From Malacoraja senta (Eukaryota), in contig CM075990.1 of NCBI GenBank assembly GCA_038087875.1, positions 11,906,001 through 11,970,000 of the forward strand: DNA of 64,000 bases, written 5' to 3'. This document shows, piece after piece, positions 26,646-37,562 of the stretch. The notes beneath the pieces were generated by a model. That model did no database searches, was not told the origin of the DNA, and worked only from the letters and a program-made list of their open reading frames with translations. Within the stretch, counting starts at the first letter, position 1. Every line of letters starts with the position of its first letter. The position numbers and the translations under genes are program-made.

Positions 26646-27760
26646 AGCATGGAGGGGCAGGGGGCATTGCATGGGCATGGGGCATTGCATGGGCATGGAG
26701 AGGCAGGGGGCATTGCATGAGCATGGAGAGGCAGGGGGCATTGCATGGGCATGGAGGGGCAGGGGGCATTGCATGGGGCATTGCATGAGCATGGAGGGGC
26801 AGGGGGCATTGCATGGGCATGGAGGGGCAGGGGGCATTGCATGGGGCATTGCATGAGCATGGAGGGGCAGGGGGCATTGCATGGGCATGGAGGGGCAGGG
26901 GGCATTGCATGGGCATGGAGGGGCAGGGGGCATTGCATGGGCATGGAGGGCAGGGGCATGGAGGGGCAGGGGGCATTGCATGGGCATGGAGGGGCAGGGG
27001 CATGGAGGGGCAGGGGGTATTGCATGGGCATGGAGGGGCAGGGGGTGGAGGGGCAGGGGGCATTGCATGGGCATGGAGGGGCAGGGGCATGGAGGGGCAG
27101 GGGACATTGCATGGGCATGGAGGGGCAGGAGGCATTGCATGGGCATGGAGGGGCAGGGGCATGGAGGGGCAGGGGCATGGAGGGGCAGGGGACATTGCAT
27201 GGGCATGGAGGGGCAGGGGCATGGAGGGGCAGGGGACATTGCATGGGCATGGAGGGGCAGGGGCATGGAGGGGCAGGGGACATTGCATGGGCATGGAGGG
27301 GCAGGGGCATGGAGGGGCAGGGGACATTGCATGGGCATGGAGGGGCAGGAGGCATTGCATGGGCATGGAGGGGCAGGGGCATGGAGGGGCAGGGGCATGG
27401 AGGGGCAGGGGACATTGCATGGGCATGGAGGGCAGGGGCATGGAGGGGCAGGGGGCATTGCATGGGCATGGAGGGGCAGGGGCATGGAGGGGCAGGGGAC
27501 ATTGCATGGGCATGGAGGGGCAGGGGCATGGAGGGGCAGGGGACATTGCATGGGCATGGAGGGGCAGGGGCATGGAGGGGCAGGGGACATTGCATGGGCA
27601 TGGAGGGGCAGGAGGCATTGCATGGGCATGGAGGGGCAGGGGCATGGAGGGGCAGGGGCATGGAGGGGCAGGGGGCATTGCATGGGCATGGAGGGGCAGG
27701 GGGCATTGCATGGGCATGGAGGGGCAGGGGGCATTGCATGGGCATGGAGGGGCAGGAGGC
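26646..27760. repeat. G-rich minisatellite built from gcatggaggggcagggg and (g)gcattgcatgg modules
   Basis: Directly visible; about 1.1 kb, with variant modules (gggacatt, ggaggcatt) recurring in higher-order blocks. Confidence 0.97.
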
Positions 27761-27799
27761 AATAAATGGGGCTGGAAGTTGCTGCAGGAATCCACCTCC

Positions 27800-27952
27800 C
27801 TGGGAACCTGCCTCCGCTCCCCCCCCCCCCAGGCAGCGCGTCACCTGTCCCCGCCCTCCCGCTGCTGATTGGCCGCGGCCGCGGGGGGCGGGGCCATGTC
27901 CGGGCCTGGCGGTGATTGACAGCGGCGACCCCGGGCCGGTGGGTGGGTGAGT
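27800..27952 (+). promoter_or_regulatory. Candidate CpG-rich promoter and non-coding first exon of SLC29A3
   Basis: Non-repeat CpG cluster with GC boxes (ccccgccc, ggggcggggc), a reverse CCAAT (ATTGG, about 27868) and a consensus splice donor GTGAGT at 27947. It lies about 7 kb upstream of the acceptor at 35019. The link to the gene is inferred. Confidence 0.6.
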
Positions 27953-28612
27953 GACGGGGAGAGAGGGGGGGGGGGGAGGGGAGGGGGGAATGGTGGACAG
28001 GACAGGGTGGTGGAGGTGGAGGTGAGGGGTGGAGCAGGGACAGGGGGGTGGAGGATTGAGGGATGTTGAAGGATAGAGGGGGTGGAGGGAGGGGAAGTGG
28101 GGAAGTGGAGGAGAGAGTTGGTGGAGGGGGGAGAGAAAGAGAGGGTGGTGGACAGGACAGGGACAGGGGGGTGGAGGAGTAAGGCAACAACTCTACCACC
28201 GTGTCGCCCATTTTGTGTCTGTCTTTGGTGTAAAGCAGCAGCATCTGCAGTTCAATTTTTATTACATGACGGATATTGTATTGAATGTGGAGAAGACTGG
28301 GCTGTGAATGTTGAGGGGAGCAGGTCCTGCAGGGACGACCCAAAAGACCCAGTTTAAATAACAATATCCAGTGGTGTGGGAGTAGGTGGGTTTTCATGGT
28401 GTGTTTGACCACAGGTTCTGTTGTCTATGGACTCTATAGTATAGAGTGTGGACTTGGGGTGGTAGGTTGGTGATGTTTTAAACCTTTGTTTAGTTGAGCA
28501 TTAATTATGATATTTCAAGATGATATGATATTTTCTGACATAATTAGGTCATCTGCTGGAATGTGTAGGAAAGAGCTGCAGATGCTGGTTTAAATCGAAG
28601 ATAGACACATAA

Positions 28613-28934
28613 TGCCCCCGTCCCACTTTCCCGAGTTACTCACGATTTCTCCCGAGTTTTCCCCTTGATTCGAACTCGGAGAATTACGGTAATAGCCGTT
28701 CGTAGGTGCTCGGGGATATTTTTTTTAACTCGTGGACATTTTTCAACATGTTGAAAAAAAACGTCCCGACTTACCTGATGCCCCGAGTTCCTGCGGCTGG
28801 CATTACGAGCCGCTACGAAACATCTACGGACTCCATCGGGCTCCTACGAGCTCGCTACCGACATTACCCGACATTCCCCGAGTTTGAATCAAGAGGAAAA
28901 CTCGGGAGAAACTCGGTAAAGTGGGACAGGGCCT
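28613..28934. mobile_element. MITE (PIF/Harbinger-like) inserted into a PLE terminal repeat
   Basis: TIRs gtcccacttt..cgagtt / aactcggtaaagtgggac; interior similar to 8644-8958; the host PLE sequence resumes at TAActcagcgggacagg. Confidence 0.75.
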
Positions 28935-31900
28935 TAACTCAGCGGGACAGGCAACATCTCTGGAGAGAAGGAATGGAGAGACCTAAGGTTCTCGACCCGA
29001 AACGTTACCCATTCCTTCTCTCCAGAGATGCTGCCTGTCCCGCTGAGTTGCTCCAGCATTTTGTGTCTACCTGTTGGAGTTGGTATCTCTAAATGTGTGT
29101 GAGCTGAGAATAAAGGTCTGTGGAATCTGCTGGAGAATTGTTTCAGCGCAGAATGTTGTTCCCACTGGGTTCTGGGTTGAGGAAATGTAAACGTTGGTGA
29201 TGTCAGAGCACTGAAGCAATTTAATAATCAAATAAATAAGTTTAAATAGTTGAATTATTTACATGAAGACTGACGTGGCAGCCGAGATGATGTATTGCTG
29301 CTGTAGTCTGTAGGAGCTGATGGAAACAATTGTCATTTGTAGAACATTAACATAGATGTTATGTGCGGCATAGATCAGGCCATTCGGCCCATAATGTCCG
29401 TGCCAAGCATAAAGCAAAGATAAACTAAACTGCTTGGCCTGCACATGATCCACACCCCATTCCCTGCTTATCCATGTACTTATCGGAAAGTCTCTTAAAT
29501 GCCGCTACCTCTGCCATCTGAGGTATTACATCTGCAACATCTATATCTGTCTCCGTCATTACCCCTGACATCCTGTACTGAGCAGTAACTATACCAGATG
29601 CTGATGAAACCACAACTTTGTGCACTTCTGGTTACCGAGCTGAAGGACTGATGTCATTTAAGCTGGATAGGGTTTCAGAAAGATTCACATGAATGCCACC
29701 AGCTCATAAGAGAGACTAGATTAATTGGGGCACTTTTATTTGTGGAGCGTAAGAGGGGGATGACTTTTACATAAGTTTATAAAACCATGCGGGACACAGA
29801 CAAGGTAAATAGTCGGCCTCTTTTTCCCCAGGTTAGGGGAGTCTAAAAGTTAGAGGGCACAGGTTTGAGGCGAGAGAGGAAAGATTTAAAGGGATCTGAC
29901 TGGCAATGGTTTCACACAGAGGGTATATGGAACGCGCTGATAGAGGAGGTAGTTGATGGGGGGCAGGTACGAGCTGCCAGAAGTGTTGAAGAGGGTGCAG
30001 TTACATTTAAAAGACACATGGATAGGAATGGTTCAAGGGAATATGGGCCAAACGCCATTTAATGGGACTGACTCAGGTGGCAACTTGGTCAGCATAGGCT
30101 AGTTGGGCCAAAGGGCCTATTTCCATGTCTTGAATGAGTGCAGCATTTGAAACAACAGATGAGTTAAGTACCATACAGATGTCCTTGCATAGTGACTAAG
30201 ATGGGGAATTAAATATTACAGGATGATAGGTAAGTTGGCAAAGGGACTACTCTGCACATCAGGACATATCAGAGTTGCATATGTAGGGAGAGAAACAGTT
30301 AATATTTCAGTCAAAGTCCCCATGTTAGGACTGGGAAGGAGGCATTAGAAAATTATCCCCGCAGAGAGATGGTGAATATCTCCGATAATGTGAAATCAGT
30401 GTAACCATGGGAATAAGCTGCAAGATTATCTGGTCAATGCGTGAAACGTTACATCTGATTTTCTTCCCAGAGATGTGCTCTGACCTGTTTCGGATTTCCA
30501 GCATATTCTCCTTGTATTTTAGATTTTCAACGCGCGGCCATTTGAGGTGAGGCAGCCAGGTAATAAAGAACATTGGAAAGGCAATGGAGAGAGATCCCGA
30601 GCTTCAGAAAGCCAAGAAGTAGAATCAGTCTGGGTGGGGTTCCCAGATGGAGCAGAAGTCTGGCAGGGGCAGCAAGAAATGTTCTTGAAGAGATCGAGTA
30701 GGCGAAGATGTGTTGGACGGAATTGCACATGCTGGTCTAAACCAAAGATAGACACAAAAAGCTGGAGTAACACAGTGGGTCAGACGGCATCTCTGGAGAA
30801 AAGGAATGGGTGATGTTTCGGGTCGAGACCCTTCTTCAGACAGAGTCAGGGGAAAGGGAAACGAGAGATGTGGACGGTGACGTGGAGTGAGAAAGAACAA
30901 ATGAATTAAAGATATGCAAAAAAAGTTACGATGATAAAGAAAACAGACCATTGTTGGCGGTGAGCTCGGTGAAAACAAGTACAGATAAAGAGACTCTACA
31001 AGACGACTTTGAAGCTAGTGTGACTTGGGTGGGGGAGGGATGGAGAGGGAGGGGTTGCTTCAGTCGGCAGTAAGGATGGGAAAGAAGTCCATTAACAAGT
31101 GGGTCTGATTTTTTTAATTATGTACTAAAAACATAGGGAGCAATCTATCGATTTCCAAACACTCACAATGATGCAGGGTATGGTATAAATCAGGAATTCA
31201 CAAGTGCAGTACAATCATGAGGATATTAGCCAATCGTTTTGTCAAAGAATTAGTGTATTGTACTAAGGGAGAATTTTCTAGATCAGTGTAAACAATGAGG
31301 TATAAAGGTATTGGAAGGAACTGCAGGTGCTGGTTTAAACCGAAGAGTAGACGCAACATGCTGGAGTAACAGGAGAGAAGGAATGGGTGACGTTTCGGGT
31401 CTGAAGAAGGGCCTCGGCTCGAAACATCGCCCATTCCTTCTCTCCAGAGATGCTGCCTGTCCCGCTGAGTAACTTTATGTCAATTTTATGTCTATCTGAG
31501 GTATAAAGGTGTCTTAGTTCCTGTATTGTGTAAGGAGGAAGAACTAAATTAATGATTTGTTTATTAAGGGGCTTTCAGGGAACAGTAATCATAATGAGAA
31601 CGTGTGTTATCCAAGCATTCACAGTGATTAGTTCGATCTGACACAAGGGTCTTCAGTTTAAACAAAACAAACTCCGATGGTATGGTGTGTGTTGCCAGTG
31701 GTAGATGTAAAACGATCCAACAGCGCACGGGCATTTAACATTTAAAGAATTAACACATGGATTTCAACAAATCTATAATCACTTCAAGGTACAAAACTCA
31801 ACTAGGAAAATAGATCCAGCTGTGACTAATAGTAGGATTAGATCAAAGGAAAAAGCTTATGTTACCAAAACAGTTGTGAACCTGAGTGTTAAGAAAAATT

Positions 31901-32139
31901 CATCTCAGAAAAGGTGTATCGGCAGTGATAAGCAAAAGATGAAGGTGGAATATGAAGGTAATCTAATGAGAAAGATAAAAACTTCTGAATGTGTAGAAAC
32001 GAACGTGTATTAAAGATCATTGTTCAGTTTTCCACGTAACAAACTATTTTGGGGAATAAGGAAATGCAGATAAATTTGACAAGAATGTTGTGCCTGTTTT
32101 CACAGAAGACACGGAAAACTGGAAATAGAATAGACAAAG

Positions 32140-32570
32140 ATTCAAAATGCTGGAGTAACTCAGCTGGCCAGGCAGCATCTCTGGTGAAAAGGAATAGGTG
32201 ACTCTTCAGGCCGAGACCCTTCTTCAGGCTGAGAGTCAGGGGAGAGGGAAACTAGAGGTACGACAAAGTACAGAAAATATTAACTGGCACCAATGACACG
32301 GGGAAAGGTGGAGCCCACAATGGTCTGTTGTTGGCTGTGGAAAAGGTGATGGTGAAGGGACACAAAGTGTGAAACCAGCGAGACGGCTCGGGTGGGGGAG
32401 GGACGGAGAGAGAGGGAATGCAAGGGTTACCTGAAATTAGAAAAATCACTATACATACCGCTGGGTTGTAAGCTGCCCAAGAGAAATATGACGTGCTGTT
32501 CCTCTGCTGTGCATGTGGCCTCATTCCGACAGTAAAGGAGGCCCAGGACAGAAAGGTTAGTACAGGAATG
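32140..32570 (-). mobile_element. Penelope-like 3' fragment (diverged)
   Basis: Same GIY-YIG C-terminal segment (ctttctgtcctgggcctcc...gaggaacagcac) and terminal repeat as the 4573-5133 copy. Confidence 0.7.
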
Positions 32571-33763
32571 AGGTGAGAGGATGACATCTAAATACAATGA
32601 AGTGTCTAAGAAGGATTAGCAGGTATGTCAGAGTGAGGCCCCACGCAAAGTGGAGGAACAGCACCTCGTATTCTGCTTGGCTCACAACCTAATGGAGTGA
32701 ACATAGAACTCTCCAATTTTGGGTAACTATCACAGACAACCCTTTTGATTCCCGTCCCCTTCCCTGTGTCCACGAAGACTCGCACCCATTTCTCCCCTTC
32801 CACCTACGTATATTCCTTCCTCTAGCTTCACAACTCACATCTTCTATCCTTATCTGACACTATTTGTCTTTTAGAAACATAGAAACATAGATGCAGGAGT
32901 AGGCCATTCGGCCCTTCGAGCCTGCACCGCCATTCGATATGATCATGGCTGATCATCCAACTCAGTATCCCATCCATGCCTTCTCTCCATACCCCCCTGA
33001 TCCCTTTAGCCACAAGGGCCACATCTAACTCCCTCTTAAATATAGCCAATGAACTGGCCTCAACTACCTTCTGTGGCAGGGAATTCCACAGATTCACCAC
33101 TCTCTGTAAAAAATGATTTTCTCATCTCAGTCCTAAAAGACTTCCCTCTTATCCTTAAACTTCCCTCTTATCTTTCAACTTTGCCCTTTGCCCAACCATC
33201 TGCCTTTCACCCCCCCCCCCCCCTCCTCCCTCGCCTATATTCACCTATCACTCACCTGGTTTTGTCTTGCCCCCCACCCTTCCCTCCTCTCATATCCCCC
33301 CACCATCATAATCAGTCTGAAGAAGGGTCCCGATCCGAAGAGTCACCTATCCATGTTCTCCCAAGGAGCTGCCTGACCCGCTGGGATCCTCCAGTACTTT
33401 GTGTATTTATTTTTTTGTAAGGCAGCATCTGCAATTTCTTTGGTCTCCAACGGAGAGTTACTATGTTGATTTAGCAAGTAAGTAGGTTTAAAAAAAAAAA
33501 TTGTGTTAGAAAAGGATTTGAATACAGGAAAATAAGTCTTGATGCATTTGCAAATTTCAGGGTGCTTGATCGGCTGAATGAGGAGTTGGTGTGTCTGCTG
33601 ACTGGGGTGGCTAGAGCCAGGGGCTCAGCCTCAATATAAGTGCTCAATTAGAAGAATTGTCTCCACTCCTGAGAGTTTACTACCAAAAGCAGGTGAGAAA
33701 GCTCGGTCACTGGGTATATTCAACACTTGTTGTCTATTTAGAAGTATATTTAAATATAATTCT

Positions 33764-34515
33764 GGGAGTGGCGGTGCTGCCAAGCAGCTGCGGCTCGCCT
33801 GCAGTCCGTCTGTCTTTCCTTTTTTTGTTTTCTTTTTGTCTTGTTAGATGTATGTTTTAGTCTATTTTTAGTTGTGTATATGTAGGGGGTAGGGGAAACT
33901 TTAAAAAAAATCTCTTCCTTCAACGGGGATGCGACCTTTTCCTTGTCGTGTCTCCGTCTCCGTCTGCGCTGAGGCCTAATATCGTGGCGGCCTCCAACCG
34001 GAATCGACCTTGGGGGCTCCGGTGGCAGAGCCTGTGGACTCACCATCGCGGTGCTGGCTGACTTCGGAGGCTGTGGTGGCGCTGCGGCTGCGACCCGACT
34101 TCGGAGGCTTTGGCCGCGAGCCCTGTGGACGGTAACATCGGGAGCTCGCAGGTCCCTGGTTGGTGACCGATTTTCGGGAGCTCCCGCAACAGCAACCTCG
34201 TCCTCCCCGAATCGCGGAGTTTGAATCGCCCCTATCGTGGAGCTTAAAATCGGCCGCGGGGTTTACCATCACCCGTTGGGGGCTTCAACATCGAGAGCCT
34301 CGATCGCCTCGACGCAGCGGGAGAACAAGCAAGGAAGAGATAAGACTTGTTGCCTTCCATCACAGTGAGGAGGTGCCTGGAGACTCACTGTGATGGGTGT
34401 TTGTGTTAAATTGTGTTCATTGTGTGTTTTGTTGCTCTTTTCTGTCATGACTGCATGGTACAACATTTCGTTCGAACTTAGGTTTTGAATGACAATAAAG
34501 GAAATTCATTCAAAT
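33764..34515 (+). mobile_element. Unclassified non-coding retroelement, copy B
   Basis: T-rich head, ggggaaactttaaaaaa..ctccgtctgcgctg.ggcctaa.atcgtgg block, GC-rich middle, hairpin, and a tail ending aatgacaataaag. Confidence 0.6.
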
Positions 34516-35072
34516 ATGGAGATAGCACAAGAAAGTGGCATTGAGGTATAGCATCAGAATGTCAGATCAAGCATGAGGGGCTGAAGGGCCTACCTCTGTG
34601 TCTATTTCTGTAGAATTTTATAGCAGAGGAAGGTTGAGCACATTCGGGTGGGTAGAGTCAATGAAGATCTTCAATGAAGATCTTTTTTAGATCTTCAGTG
34701 TCTTTAGACTTCATGGACTTTTAGATTATTTTTTCAATCCAAAAGAATCAAGGAGATATGCGGCAAGTTGTGCTGCTATAAAATATCAGCCATAAACTGA
34801 TAGAATGACACAGCATGGGATGCTGTGTGGCTTGCTTCTCCTCCTCCTCCTCCCATTGCTGATGTTCACACTTTGCTCCATCATCTGTCAGGGAATTCAG
34901 AGGTTCACTTTGACTTGGATGTTGTCCAGAAGTGAACAACTCTGCTGTCTTCTGGGGGTGGCGGGGAAAAAAAAAAATCATAATAGTTTTTTTGTTTTTG
35001 TTCTTGTTTCGGATGACAGGAGACCTGAAAAAGGGGGAAGTAGATATTCCAGTTGTTCCAACTTCAGAAGCG

Positions 35073-35327
35073 ATGGACATTGAGGACCCGCGCTACACGT
35101 TCCCCAGCTCACAGACACCAGAAGAGGATCCTCTGATCGCCAAGCCGTTGCTGAGGAGCCGTTTCCGCCAGCCGCCTCCGGATTCGTTCAACGGCGTGTA
35201 CGCGATCTTCTTCATCCTCGGTATTGGCTCATTGCTGCCTTGGAACTTCTTCTGCACTGCCAAGCATTACTGGTTGTATAAGCTGGCCAATGGCACAGAT
35301 GGATCGCACCAGCAGAATGACCTTCCT
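35073..35327 (+). CDS. SLC29A3: SLC29A3/ENT3 first coding exon (exon starts at 35020; ATG at 35073)
   Basis: A polypyrimidine tract and AG acceptor end at 35019; the ATG is in strong context (gaagcgATGG); donor GTGAGT at 35328. The peptide includes [29 protein letters not shown] (ENT TM1; human ENT3 [23 protein letters not shown]), the acidic dileucine EEDPLI and the sequon NGT. Confidence 0.93.
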
Positions 35328-36921
35328 GTGAGTATTAGAATCATGGAAAATTGCTGCAGCCGGTAGGCCATTCGGCCCTTCGAGCCAGCACCGCCATTCA
35401 ATGTGATCATGGCCGATCAGCTAATATCAGTACCCCCGTTCCTATGGTGTGAATAGGTGCCTTGTCCTGTCTAGTGTGCAATGACCCTTTTATTGGCCAC
35501 TCGAGTAGGTTTGTGGAAAGATTATACTGTTGTATGAGCAACCCACCGGGGTGGGAGATTGCAACCTTCACCTGTTTCGACAAATGCAATCAACCCGGCG
35601 TGCACAATCAAGTAAGATCAAATAGAACAAGTTATATTTAAGAGAGAGCTAGATGTGGCCCTTGTGGCTAAAGGGATCAGAGGGTATGGAGAGAAGGCAG
35701 GTACGGGATACTGAGTTGGATGATCAGCCATGATCATATTGAATGGCGGTGCAGGCTCGAAGGGCCGAATGGCCTACTCCTGCACCTAATTTCTATGTTT
35801 CTAAGTTGTCCAACAACTTTAGGCTGTGCACGCCATACGCAAGAAGAAGAAGAAGCAACCCAACATCCCAGACCTCCACTCCCACTAAGGCACCTTAAGT
35901 AACGAAATCTCGTAAATCTGGCTCTGTGTGATCCGAGATTAGTTGTGTGAAACGGTTATGAAAGATGAGATTAAAAATCCAGTGGGTTTACTTGCTGGAG
36001 GGAAGATGACATTCTGACATAATCCGTCTGCGTGTGTTTCAAACCCAGCGAAGCCATTTAACTCCAATACGTCATTAGAACCTGTGATGATTTTGAAGAC
36101 CTCTTTATCAGGTTTAATTTTAGTGGAAACTCCACACTTGCTCGAGGCAACTGTCAAAAATAATCAAAATGCTCTCCCTAATTATTAAAATATTCACAAG
36201 AGTCAAATTGATCCACTATACTCTCCTAACATTAACGAGACATTAACGTGTTTAAGAAGGAACTGCAGATGCTGGAAAATTGAAGGTAGACAAAAGTGCT
36301 GGAGAAACTCAGCGGGTGCAGCAGCATCTATGGAGCGAAGGAAATAGGCAACGTTTCGGCTGAGTTCCTCCAGCACTTTTGTCTACCAACGAGACATTAA
36401 CGTTTGAAGAAGGGTCTCGACCCGAAACGTCACCCATTCTTTCTCTCCAGAGATGCTGCCTGTCCCGCTGAGTTACTCCAGCTTTTAGTGTTTATCTTTG
36501 CTTTAAACCACCATCTGCAGTTCCTTCCTACACTTTACTTTATCATGCATCTACACACTGTAAATGGCTCGATTGTAATCATGTGTTGTCTTTCTGCCGA
36601 CTGCATAGCACACAACAAAAGCTTTTCACTGTACCTCGGTACACGTGACAATAAGCTGAACTGAACTGAACGGATCTGTCTTTCCCTCTAAACCCCATTC
36701 TCCTGCCTTTGCCCCAGAACCTCTGACACCTGGGTGATTAAATTAGGGATGGCCAATAAATGCTGGTTTTGTCAGCAATGTTTTTGTGCTATGGAAAAAT
36801 AAAATGTGATTTTTGTTGCACCTTTTTAAGCACCTCAATGTCCTATTAGTATTTGATGCAGTGTATGACATTAATCTGGTGAGTGCTGAGATTCATGTGA
36901 TTCTTGTGGTTCCCTTTGCAG

Positions 36922-37004
36922 ACTTACTTTGAAAGTTACCTTTCGCTCGCGTCGACTGTGCCTTCTGTCGTATGCCTAATAATCAACTACCTCCTGGTGG
37001 ACAA
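36922..37004 (+). CDS. SLC29A3: SLC29A3 coding exon 2 (83 nt; absent from the ORF track)
   Basis: ttccctttgcag acceptor and GTAAGT donor. Translates TYFESYLSLASTVPSVVCLIINYLLVD(K), matching ENT3 NYFESYLAVASTVPS. Phases fit the neighbouring exons. Confidence 0.95.
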
Positions 37005-37096
37005 GTAAGTATTTTCACCCTGGTCGTTCCCTCTCCTCCCCTCTCCCTTCCGGCAGAAGAAACAAAAGCTTGAGAGAATGTAGCATCAGACTCGGG

Positions 37097-37408
37097 GACA
37101 GGCACAGTGGCGCAGCGGTAGAGTGCTTGCAGCGCCAGAGACCCGGGTTCGATCCCAGCTACGGGTGCTGTCCGTACGGAGTTTGTACGTTCTCCCCTTG
37201 ACCCGCGTGGATTTTCTCCGAGACCTTCGGTTTCCTCCCACACTCCAAAGACGTACAGGATTGTAGGGTCATTGGTTTGGCATGTTGAAAAAAATTGTCC
37301 CTAATGTGTGTGAAGGGATATTGTTGGTGTGCGGGGATCGCTGGTCGATGCCGACTCGGTGGGCCGGAGGGCCTGTTTCCACGCTGTATCTGTAAACTAA
37401 ACTAAACA
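37097..37408 (+). mobile_element. tRNA-derived SINE (HE1/V-SINE-like) in the short SLC29A3 intron
   Basis: A/B boxes, core and (ctaaa)n tail. Occupies more than half of the 558-nt intron. Confidence 0.85.
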
Positions 37409-37562
37409 GCATCTTCCCCTCTGTTATCAGACAACTGAATGGTCTCCCATAAGCCTGGGTATAGTCCCCATTCTTCCAACCTAACTGATTGGAAACATTG
37501 GACTCTACTGCTAGTTTGCTATCTTTGAAAGTCATCACTCTTCCATCTTCCTTCCCTGTTAG

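Noticed and set aside
27838..27850. CLEAR/TFEB element in the promoter of a lysosomal gene
   Set aside because: The sequence is gtcacctgtc, which lacks the CACGTG core.
26497..28412. Long ORFs (294-631 aa) on both strands
   Set aside because: They are produced by the minisatellite, which is almost stop-free in all six frames; the peptides are simple repeats.
30523..30560. Possible 24-nt UTR micro-exon (ttttag|...gag|gtgagg)
   Set aside because: Splice-like signals alone are common by chance, and there is no other support.
34932..35072. ORF-track N-terminus MNNSAVFW... of SLC29A3
   Set aside because: It runs through the intronic polypyrimidine tract upstream of the acceptor at 35019 and uses a non-ATG start.
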